Shown one piece after another: positions 38,277-46,639 of a DNA stretch of 64,000 bases. The DNA comes from Verrucomicrobiota bacterium. GTDB taxonomy: Bacteria; Verrucomicrobiota; Verrucomicrobiia; Limisphaerales; J093. Both the position numbers and the translations under genes were made by a program. The notes under the pieces were generated by a model. The model was not told where the DNA came from. It did no database searches and saw only the letters and a program-made list of their open reading frames with translations. Each line of letters begins with the position of its first letter. Positions within the stretch are counted from its first letter, which is position 1. Location: assembly GCA_040766265.1 (NCBI GenBank), contig JAXGQW010000015.1, positions 14,711-78,710 of the forward strand. The letters run 5' to 3'.

Positions 38277-39977
38277 TCAACCCCACCGTGACATCAATAG
38301 GACGATGACCGATCCCCAAGTGGTTAATAACACGTGGCCCACCGGCACCGCGCCGGTGTAGCCCAACACCGCGATGGAACTGCCGGACTTCTCCTGCACC
38401 GCCGCAAGCCCTGGGGTGAAGGTCTGCGCGCCGGATAATGCGCCCAGGATCAGCAGCGGATTGGCCTTCAACACGTAGCGCCCGAAATAGAGCCCCGCAA
38501 TCTGGGGCACCAGAGTCACGAACACGCCGCCCACCAGCAGACCGAGACCCGCCTCGCGGACGGCGGGCAGAAACTCCGGTCCCGCCCCCAGACCGACCAT
38601 CGCGACAAAGCCGGACAGACCGAGAGACTGCATGAACGCCACCGCGCCGTCTGGCACGCGACCGAGAAGAGGGCGCATCGAGCGGATGTAGCCGGTCACC
38701 ACGCCGGCGAGCAACGTGCCGACACTGGTGCCCAAGAAGATCTTCGTGTTGCCGACCGGCAGAAAGATCGTGGCGCCGAGCGTTGCTCCCAGGAAAATGG
38801 CCAAACCGACGGCGACGAAGTCCGTGGTGTCCATGGGGCGCACGATCGTGCCGAGGCGCTTCGCGACCCGCTCGATGGCCGACTCGGTGCCAACCACACT
38901 CAGCACGTCGCCGCGTTCGAGGACCGTCCTGGCTCCAATCGGAATCTCCTGCGTGCCACGGGTGATCTTGCGCAGGAACACGCTGTGGACCGCGTCATCG
39001 CGGGCAATCTCCTGCAGCGGAGGTCCGACGAATTCCTTGTTGCTGACGAAGACGTCGAAAGAGGCGATGGGGACGTCGAGCAACTCGCGGTCGTCTACCT
39101 CGGCGGCCCTTTCCCCCAGCACGCCAACCAGCACCTCCCGTCGGCCGCTGACCGCCAGCAGGTCGCCGGCCTGGAGCACTGTGTCCGGCTTCGGGCTGAG
39201 CAGTTCCGTGCCGCGCCGGATGCGCTGCACAAACAGCCGCGCACCGGGCACGAGTCTCTCGGCGTTGGCCACCTCCTTGCCGACCGCGGGAGCCGCCGGG
39301 TCCAACCGGTAAGCGCGCACCTCGAACGGTTGCCACGCGGAGGCGATGCCCGCTTTCGTGCGCACGACACCGTATTCCGCCTCGACCTTGTCGGCCTCGG
39401 CCCGAAGGTCGATGCCCAACAGCTTCGGTCCCAACGTGCCACAGACATAAATGACGCCGAACGCGCCGAACACATAACAGAGCGCGTCCGCCACCGCGAC
39501 GTGGCTGATCAGTTTCTGCTTGGTCTCGTCCGGAATGTTCGTGAGCGCCTGGATGGCCTCACTGGCGGTGCCGATGGCAGGCGATTCGGTCAGCGCCCCT
39601 GAGACGAGGCCGCCGGCAAAGCCGAGGTCCAGCTTCAGGACGCTGGCCACCACCCACGCGGTGACCAGACCGGCGACCGGCACGAAGGCCCCGAGGACAC
39701 CGAACCGCCAGCCTTGGCCTTTCATGGCCTTGAAGAACTTCGGCCCGACCGAGTAGCCGATGCCGAACATGAACAGGAGAAACACGACCGATTTGGCCAT
39801 GGGAGCGACCGGCACCTTCACGAGGGCGCCGATCAGGATACCTGCAAGCAGCGAGCCGGTCGCCCCACCCAAGCTGAACCCGCGGAACTTCAGGTTCCCG
39901 ATCGCATAACCGAGTCCGAGCGCGAGATAGACCGCCAACTCGGGGTTCTTGGTGAACAGTTGGGTGAGCCAGGGCAT
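38277..39977 (-). CDS. AAE (aspartate:alanine exchanger, YidE/YbjL) family transporter, paralog 1
   Basis: MPWLTQLFTKNPELAVYLALGLGYAIGNLKFRGFSLG..., two TM bundles flanking two TrkA-C/RCK_C domains. ATG 39977 is in frame within the track ORF. Confidence 0.85.
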   Translation of the reverse strand: MPWLTQLFTKNPELAVYLALGLGYAIGNLKFRGFSLGGATGSLLAGILIGALVKVPVAPMAKSVVFLLFMFGIGYSVGPKFFKAMKGQGWRFGVLGAFVPVAGLVTAWVVASVLKLDLGFAGGLVSGALTESPAIGTASEAIQALTNIPDETKQKLISHVAVADALCYVFGAFGVIYVCGTLGPKLLGIDLRAEADKVEAEYGVVRTKAGIASAWQPFEVRAYRLDPAAPAVGKEVANAERLVPGARLFVQRIRRGTELLSPKPDTVLQAGDLLAVSGRREVLVGVLGERAAEVDDRELLDVPIASFDVFVSNKEFVGPPLQEIARDDAVHSVFLRKITRGTQEIPIGARTVLERGDVLSVVGTESAIERVAKRLGTIVRPMDTTDFVAVGLAIFLGATLGATIFLPVGNTKIFLGTSVGTLLAGVVTGYIRSMRPLLGRVPDGAVAFMQSLGLSGFVAMVGLGAGPEFLPAVREAGLGLLVGGVFVTLVPQIAGLYFGRYVLKANPLLILGALSGAQTFTPGLAAVQEKSGSSIAVLGYTGAVPVGHVLLTTWGSVIVLLMSRWG

Positions 39978-39987
39978 AATCAGATCA

Positions 39988-41688
39988 TCACTTCGAGAGC
40001 ACCATCGCGAAGTAGCCAAAAACCGTCAGCAGCACCCCGGACACGGCATACCCCACGGGGAAGCCCACCCACGGAACACTGCTCTGGATTTCCTTGGCCG
40101 CCTCCCGGCACGGGCCCGAGTGCGAACGCGCGCCAGCGACACCGCCCATGAGCACGGCCGGGTTGATCTTCATCAGGTGGCAGCCGATGGCCCAAGTGAG
40201 AATGGGCGGGATCGTGCTGGCGATGAAGCCCGCCAGGAAGATAAACAGCGCGATCTTTCCTGTCAGTTGGGCCAACAACGTAGCGCCCGCATTGATGCCG
40301 ACAATCGCGATGAACGTCACCAAGCCCAGGTCTTCGAGGACATTCCGGGCCGCGTTGGGCGTGCTGCCGAAGAAGCGCAGCCGCGAAACAATGGACGAGA
40401 CGAAGATGCCCGACAGCAGCAGACCGCCAGCATTGCCGAGGCCGACGGAGAAACTGCCAATCGGCACGTTGATCTGCCCGATGAGGAGGCCGGCGACCAT
40501 GCCGACGGACAAGGTCAAAAGGTCCGTGGCCGTGCTCGGTCGCGCGACCCTGCCGAGTCTCTCGACCACCTTGTTAACCGCCGCCTTGAGGCCCACCACA
40601 AACAAGACGTCGAAGCGCTTGAGCTGCGTGTCCGCCCCGACGGGCATGGGCACGCCGCCCCGCTCCAATTTCACGACCTGCAATTGTCCGGCAAAATCCT
40701 CGCTGCGGAATTCCCTCAGCGCTCGGCCTTCCACGGCCTTCTCGGTGATCAGTATCTCGGCCTGATCGAGCGGGATGCTCAGTGCCGTTGCATCCGGCAC
40801 CTCGGGTCCCAGCAGGCCCATGTTCGAGGTTAAGTCCTCGACTTTGCCCGCCAACGCCACGATATCTCCCTTTTCCAGGCGCAGCCCGGCGTCGGCGCCG
40901 AGCGACTCACGCGCACGGACCACGTTCAGCACGCGGTATTGGGGGTAGCTGCTGCGCAACTGGGCAATGGTCTTGCCCGCCGAAGCCGGATTCTCGAGCC
41001 GGTAGGCGCGGAGCCCCACCGGCCGGTAGCCGATGAGACCGGCGTCGTCTACGTTGGCAACGCCGTGGGCCTGTTCATATTCCTTGGCTGCCTTCTTCGC
41101 GTCCAGGCCCCACCAGCGCGGCAGGTATTTGCAGATCAGAATGATCCCAACCGTGCCCCAGATATAGGTCACACCGTAGCCGAGCGCGATCATGGCCGAC
41201 ACCGCCTCGGCAGTGCTGCCGGCGGGAACCTTGTAGGCGCCCTGCGTCACCGCCATCTCCGCCGTGCCAATGGCGGCGGACATCGTTTGCGAGCCGGCGA
41301 GAATGCCGCCTGCCGCACCAGGGGGCAGGCCGAAGAGCCTCGCCCCGAGCACCACGAGCACCAGGCCCAGCACGCTGCATATGACTGCCAGAATTGTGAA
41401 CTTTAACCCGTCTTTCTTCAGGCTGTTGAAGAACGAAGGGCCGACGCGCAAACCGACCCCATACATGAACAAGTAGTAGAAGAGCGACTTGGCGAAGTTA
41501 TCGAGTTGGAGCTTCACGCCATAGGTCGAGGCCCACGTCGCCAGCGCGCAGCCGACGACGACTGCTGCGGCAACCATGCCCAACCCGTAGCCTTTAATGT
41601 TGAACTTCCCCACATACACGGCCAGCCCGATCGTGAAGAACAGGAGGATGTAGGGGTTCGCTTTGAGGAATTCGAAGAATGCTTGCAT
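39988..41688 (-). CDS. AAE (YidE/YbjL) family transporter, paralog 2
   Basis: MQAFFEFLKANPYILLFFTIGLAVYVGKFNIKGYGLG..., same architecture as paralog 1. ATG 41688 is in frame within the track ORF. Confidence 0.85.
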   Translation of the reverse strand: MQAFFEFLKANPYILLFFTIGLAVYVGKFNIKGYGLGMVAAAVVVGCALATWASTYGVKLQLDNFAKSLFYYLFMYGVGLRVGPSFFNSLKKDGLKFTILAVICSVLGLVLVVLGARLFGLPPGAAGGILAGSQTMSAAIGTAEMAVTQGAYKVPAGSTAEAVSAMIALGYGVTYIWGTVGIILICKYLPRWWGLDAKKAAKEYEQAHGVANVDDAGLIGYRPVGLRAYRLENPASAGKTIAQLRSSYPQYRVLNVVRARESLGADAGLRLEKGDIVALAGKVEDLTSNMGLLGPEVPDATALSIPLDQAEILITEKAVEGRALREFRSEDFAGQLQVVKLERGGVPMPVGADTQLKRFDVLFVVGLKAAVNKVVERLGRVARPSTATDLLTLSVGMVAGLLIGQINVPIGSFSVGLGNAGGLLLSGIFVSSIVSRLRFFGSTPNAARNVLEDLGLVTFIAIVGINAGATLLAQLTGKIALFIFLAGFIASTIPPILTWAIGCHLMKINPAVLMGGVAGARSHSGPCREAAKEIQSSVPWVGFPVGYAVSGVLLTVFGYFAMVLSK

Positions 41689-42000
41689 GAGAGGGGACCT
41701 TTCGTGATTAGGGTGATAGGCGCCATGAACCTGCCGTAGCCGCCGACGTGAGTCGGCGCTGATCTCGGTCTTCCGCGGAGCGAATTGGCGCGGACTCATC
41801 CCGCGACGGCGGGACGGCTACGGACCCACGGTTCATGGGGAGGGAAAACGGTCTGCGGGCCGCGCATGGTGACCATGTATCCGTGTCGGAGGGACAAGCT
41901 TCGCGAGTCCCTGGCTGGAGGCTGTCCCGGTTCGCGATCGGGGCCTCGTGTAACTCGGCCCTCCGAGAAGGGATTTTCATGGGGGGGAGTGACCGACTGT

Positions 42001-44772
42001 TTACCTGACGGCTTTCTTTCCGCCGGGGCCGCGTAGTATCTCGGGCTTGATGAGTTTCAAACCCTGGGCCGCGTGGTAGCCGTGGATCTCCTTCACATCG
42101 AGCTTGCGCATGAAGGTGATCGTGTCTTCCGTGATGACCTGGCCTGGCACCATGATGGGAAAGCCGGGCGGATACGGAATGACGAAGTTGGCCGACACCA
42201 TTTCCGGTCCCTTTTTGAGCCGATCGTCCACCTCCTTGCTGGCCAGCTTGAGGAACTCGCAATTGGCCTCATCGTAGGCCATGAAGAAGGCGGGCCGCAT
42301 GTGCCCTTCGTTACTGGCCGCTTTCGGCTGGTCACGGAAGGCGTCGTGAAACCGGCTGAAGTTGGGCAGGTCGGGCACGTCCGTCATCAGCGACTTGACT
42401 CTGGCGTCAAACGCAGTGCGGCCGCCTTGGGCGAGGTTCTGGTCGATCTCGCGCGACAGATCAACCAGTGCTTTGATCAGCAGGGCGGCGTCGCTGTGCG
42501 TGTTGTTGATGTTCGTCTGCACCAGCACGCTATTGCGCGACGTCTTGTTGATCTGGATGTCGAACCGGTCCGCCAGCAGCCCTTTGAACTGGGTGCCGTC
42601 AAAGCCGGCGGCGCCGCAGACCAGGGTGAGCCGCGTGGGGTCGAGCGCGAACTCATCGTCGTCCCAGGCCTTGACGACATCGGTCCAGGTGGAATAGGGC
42701 GGGCCGTAGTCCTTCAATCCGGAGGCGCGGAACTCGGCCGGAATCATGTCCTCCGGCGTGGCCACTCGGAAGTACTTCGAGACGAGCGGATGCGAGTTCA
42801 CCGCGCGGCGGATTCGCAACGCAATGTCGGTCATGCGCAAGGTCAGGCCGTAGCCTTCCAGCTCCATTTGGCGGCGCGCCACGTCCAGTGACGCGATCAA
42901 CTGCAGGTTGGGCGAGGTGGACGTGTGAGCGAAGAATGCTTCTTCGAATGGACCCTCGACCTGGTGGAAGTCTTCGTCCCAAATCAGCATCATTGAACCC
43001 TGCCGGAATGCCGACATGGACTTGTGGGTCGAGTTGGTCTGGTACACCCGGATGCGGACCTTCTCGGGATCGGGCAACAGGTGCAGGTCCAGCAGCTTCG
43101 GGTTCTTGGGATCGAGTTTTCCCACTTTTGACGCCCAGGACTTGTACTCCTCGCGGTAGGCCGGATCATGGTAGCGCTCGGTCAAGGCGGCGGCAGCGCC
43201 CATCGCCGTCCGGCGTCGATGGAGCGGGTTGAAGCGCGCGAACCCAAACCAAGCCTCGTCCCAGAGAAAAACCAGATCGGGTTTGATCGCCAGGCACTCC
43301 TCCATCAGCCGCCGCGGATTGTACATGTGCCCGTCGAAGGTGCAGTTCGTCATGTCAATGACCTTGACGCGGTCCAGCTTGCCACCGGCCATACAGTCGA
43401 ACAGCGCCTTCTTGATCGTCCGCAGCGGCACGCCGCCGTACATCGAGTACTGGGTGAGCGGAAACGCCTCGACGTAGAACGGCTGAGCCCCGCTCAACAC
43501 CATCCCGTAGTGGTGCGACTTGTGACAGTTGCGATCCACGATCACGATGTCGCCCGGCTTGCACACCGCCTGCACGACAATCTTGTTCGATGTCGAGGTG
43601 CCGTTGGTTCCGAGGTAGGCGCGCTTCGCCCCGAACGCGCGCGCGGCCATCTCCTGGGCCTTCTTGATGTTGCCCGTCGGCTCGAGCAGGCTGTCGAGTC
43701 CGCCGGTGGTGGCTGAGGATTCGGCAAAGAAGATGTTGGTGCCGTAGAACTGACCGAAGTCCCGGATCCAGTTCGACCGGAACACGGACTTTCCACGGGC
43801 GATCGGCAGGGCATGGAAAGTGCCGATGGGGCGCTGGGCGTATTTCTTCAGGTTGTCGAAGTACGGGGTCTCAAAGCGGTCTTTGACGCCGTCGAGGATG
43901 GACAGGTGAATCTCCATCGGCTCTTCGATGTGATGAAACACCCGCCGCACGGACGCGAGGGCGTCGCTGCCAGCCAGAGCTTCCGCCGTTCGATCGGAGA
44001 GCAGATAGATGTCCAGTTCGGGCCGGCACCTCTTGATTGCCTTCGCCAACACCGTGGCCAGCGCCCCAGGTTCGATCGCCGTTTGGTCCGTCGGCAGATA
44101 GCGCGCGAGAAACGCCTGCAGGTCCGGCATCTCGAGGCGCGACCGGTACTGAAATCCGTCGATGAGAACCACAGCCTGGAGGCTCTCATTGACCAACACC
44201 GCAAGAGCGGCGTCCTCGAAGCTGCCCGCCTGAACCACCTCGTACTGGAAAGGGTCTTCGGGTCGTCGCAGGCGCTTCAGATCGGCTCTGCCCCGCTCCC
44301 AGGTGGCCGGGTCGGTCGGGGTGACAATCAGCACATCGAAGCTCGGCTTCGGCGTTTCGCCCGCTTCCACATCGGGAGGCAGTGCCGATTCGAGCGGGCG
44401 GATGGCGCTCTCTGTCGCCGCATCCCAAGCCGCTTCCCCCCGCCGGTAGTCGCCCGAAAGCAGCGCGCCGGAGACTTTTTGCACGAGACGCACGAAGGTC
44501 GCGGCATCCCGCTGCGCGATAGCCTCACCGATGGCGGTGAGCAGACGCGGACCTGGGTAGGCCCAGCATTGCTCCAAGCGGATGATGACCTCCAAGAGTC
44601 TTGCGGCCTCGGACCGCAAGTCTTCCGCCTGGGCCCCCTGAGCCGTCGCCCACCCTCGGCTCAGCGCATGCAACTCGCGCCATTGGTCCGTCCGGTTCAC
44701 CGCCGCGGCCAAGATCGGGGTCAGCGTCTGGTTCTGAGGTTTGATCGAGTCTGCTCTTTCATTTGTTTTCAT
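42001..44772 (-). CDS. large PLP-dependent Orn/Lys/Arg decarboxylase family (OKR_DC_1) enzyme, 923 aa
   Basis: FHALPIARGKSVFRSNWIRDFGQFYGTNIFFAESSATTGGLDSLLEPTGNIKKAQEMAARAFGA...STSNKIVVQAVCKPGDIVIVDRNCHKSHHYG...TNSTHKSMSAFRQGS (PLP-Lys motif S-x-H-K). Has a ~330-aa N-terminal extension containing a wing/receiver-like segment. Confidence 0.9.
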   Translation of the reverse strand: MKTNERADSIKPQNQTLTPILAAAVNRTDQWRELHALSRGWATAQGAQAEDLRSEAARLLEVIIRLEQCWAYPGPRLLTAIGEAIAQRDAATFVRLVQKVSGALLSGDYRRGEAAWDAATESAIRPLESALPPDVEAGETPKPSFDVLIVTPTDPATWERGRADLKRLRRPEDPFQYEVVQAGSFEDAALAVLVNESLQAVVLIDGFQYRSRLEMPDLQAFLARYLPTDQTAIEPGALATVLAKAIKRCRPELDIYLLSDRTAEALAGSDALASVRRVFHHIEEPMEIHLSILDGVKDRFETPYFDNLKKYAQRPIGTFHALPIARGKSVFRSNWIRDFGQFYGTNIFFAESSATTGGLDSLLEPTGNIKKAQEMAARAFGAKRAYLGTNGTSTSNKIVVQAVCKPGDIVIVDRNCHKSHHYGMVLSGAQPFYVEAFPLTQYSMYGGVPLRTIKKALFDCMAGGKLDRVKVIDMTNCTFDGHMYNPRRLMEECLAIKPDLVFLWDEAWFGFARFNPLHRRRTAMGAAAALTERYHDPAYREEYKSWASKVGKLDPKNPKLLDLHLLPDPEKVRIRVYQTNSTHKSMSAFRQGSMMLIWDEDFHQVEGPFEEAFFAHTSTSPNLQLIASLDVARRQMELEGYGLTLRMTDIALRIRRAVNSHPLVSKYFRVATPEDMIPAEFRASGLKDYGPPYSTWTDVVKAWDDDEFALDPTRLTLVCGAAGFDGTQFKGLLADRFDIQINKTSRNSVLVQTNINNTHSDAALLIKALVDLSREIDQNLAQGGRTAFDARVKSLMTDVPDLPNFSRFHDAFRDQPKAASNEGHMRPAFFMAYDEANCEFLKLASKEVDDRLKKGPEMVSANFVIPYPPGFPIMVPGQVITEDTITFMRKLDVKEIHGYHAAQGLKLIKPEILRGPGGKKAVR

Positions 44773-44903
44773 GGTGTCGAATTAGTTCTTTCCTGTTGGA
44801 GTGTCGGGCTGTCCCGGGACGCGCTCATGGCCGGGGCGCGGACGGAGGGTCCGCATCGGGATTCTCGGCAAGCCACGCTCATGCCTTTGCCAGTTCGGAG
44901 GGC

Positions 44904-45353
44904 TCATTCGTCATTGGTGTGACTGCCACTGCCTCGCGTGATCGCGTGAGGCGCGGTAGGCTTTTGACAGGCCGGCCGCTGCCCAGCCAGAAGTGCATCG
45001 ACGGCGGGTAACAGGTCCGTCGCCATGGCGCGTTTGAGGACGAATGCATCCGCGCCGGCCTGGAGGGCGGCCTCCCGCACGCTCGGTTCGTCGTGGACGC
45101 TCAGCGCCATGATCTTGAGATCCGGGCACATTGCCCGGAGTTGCTCCAACCACCGGAGGGACTCGCCACGGGCCAGGGAAAGGTCCACGACCGCCAGGGT
45201 CGGTCGCAGCCGCCGCGCAGTTTCAAACAGGGAATGCTCGTCCGCCACCATCACGACGGCCTCGGAGACGGTGTCCAGCAATGACCGCAGGCCTTCGGTC
45301 AAACCGTGGTGTCGGTCCGCTAACAGCACGCACTTGATTCGCTCGACGCTCAT
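44904..45353 (-). CDS. stand-alone response-regulator receiver domain protein
   Basis: MSVERIKCVLLADRHHGLTEGL...LAVVDLSLARG...IMALSVHDE...AFVLKRA. The acidic pair is D-R instead of D-D. The phospho-acceptor Asp, Ser and Lys positions are retained. Confidence 0.8.
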   Translation of the reverse strand: MSVERIKCVLLADRHHGLTEGLRSLLDTVSEAVVMVADEHSLFETARRLRPTLAVVDLSLARGESLRWLEQLRAMCPDLKIMALSVHDEPSVREAALQAGADAFVLKRAMATDLLPAVDALLAGQRPACQKPTAPHAITRGSGSHTNDE

Positions 45354-45614
45354 TCCCGTCCGATCTGTCTGCCGAGTACGCTGGGTGCCGCAGGGCAACA
45401 CAACGCTCGACAGACAGCAGACTGCTCTCGATGCGATTCGCTGTGACCTCGGAAAAGTACGGGGTTGCCCCCTGAAGAACTACGAGGGGCCCCGAAGAAC
45501 ACCCCAAGTCGAAGGCGAATACGGCATCTGCCGAACTACAGCCTCTGGTCCCTTGTCGGACAACAGCCAGCTACGTGTTGTCATTCCCGCTCGAGCCCCG
45601 CGCAGCGGGACCGC

Positions 45615-45942
45615 TTAGCCCGCATAGTTCACACCCCGATGGTGCACGGGCACTCAGACTTCGCAAGAGGACTGCTATGCGGGCTAGAGAAGCAAAACCG
45701 CGCCAGGATCGAGAGATCGAGAACTGAAACACACTGTTCCCATGAGAGACCATTCTCAGGACCGACAGAATGCTGCCGGTTCCATTTCTGGGCGCGGTTT
45801 TGCCAGAGCCCGGATGTCAGACTCCGCGAAGCTTTGTGAAACATCCGGGTTAGCGAGGCGTCGGGTGCCGGTCATCGTGGTGGCCCCCCAACGTGGACGA
45901 GTCGTTTACAGGCCTCGCCAGTCTGCGGCGAAGCCTCGCTAA
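45615..45942. repeat. palindromic mosaic A - B - C - D(inverted)
   Basis: A 45615..45687, B 45692..45803, C 45806..45850, D 45850..45942. Adjacent units abut or share terminal nucleotides. Confidence 0.85.
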
Positions 45943-46577
45943 ATCTCAACGAAGCCGTGCTTGATGGCGAAGTGAAGCAACTCAGCGCTGTTGTGCAGGC
46001 CGAGCGCCTCCATCATCTGGTACTTGTGGAACTCCACTGTGCGGGTGGAGATTTGCAGTTTGTCGGCCACTTGTTTGGCGGAGCCTCCCTCAGCCAAAAG
46101 TTGCAGAATCTCCCGCTGACGCGGTGTTAACTTGGCCACCGGGTCCGTGATTCCCCGCGGCTCGTCCCGAATGGCGCGGAGCACTTCCCCAGCCAGGGAC
46201 GGGGTGATGTAGGTCTGTCCGTTCAGAGCCGCGCGAATGGCAGTGATCAGCTCAGCCGGGGCCGAATGCTTCAGCACAAATCCCAGGGCGCCAGCTTCCA
46301 GCGCGCGTCGGGCGTAGGCTACCTCTCGGTGCATCGTCAGGAAGACCACCTTCACATGCGGATTGTCTGCCTTCAACTGCGCCAGAGCGTCGATGCCGTT
46401 GAGGAGCGGCATGGTGACGTCCGCGACGATGACATCCGGGTTGATCTTCTTGGCGGTGTCGACGAGGGCGCGGCCATCCTCCACCACTTCCACGAGCTCG
46501 AAATCGTGGCTCAGCAGGCTCCTCAAACCCTCGGCCACCATGCGGTGATCGTCGGCGAGCAAGACACGTGGCTTCAT
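45939..46577 (-). CDS. NarL/FixJ (LuxR-type HTH) response regulator
   Basis: MKPRVLLADDHRMVAEGL..., VIVADVTMP, and C-terminal LTPRQREILQLLAEGGSAKQVADKLQISTRTVEFHK. The TAG stop lies within the terminal TTAGC of repeat unit D. Confidence 0.92.
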   Translation of the reverse strand: MKPRVLLADDHRMVAEGLRSLLSHDFELVEVVEDGRALVDTAKKINPDVIVADVTMPLLNGIDALAQLKADNPHVKVVFLTMHREVAYARRALEAGALGFVLKHSAPAELITAIRAALNGQTYITPSLAGEVLRAIRDEPRGITDPVAKLTPRQREILQLLAEGGSAKQVADKLQISTRTVEFHKYQMMEALGLHNSAELLHFAIKHGFVEI

Positions 46578-46639
46578 AAGCAAAGGCTAAAGGCGAGGGG
46601 TGAAAGACGATCGGCGAGGACTCATGGCTTGGCTAGCCT

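Noticed and set aside
45571-45942. ORFs 45571..45753, 45629..45844, 45742..45942 and their look-alikes 61600..61809, 36387..36704, 7336..7696
   Set aside because: Entirely repeat-encoded (units A-D). Similar translations arise from nucleotide repetition, not protein conservation.
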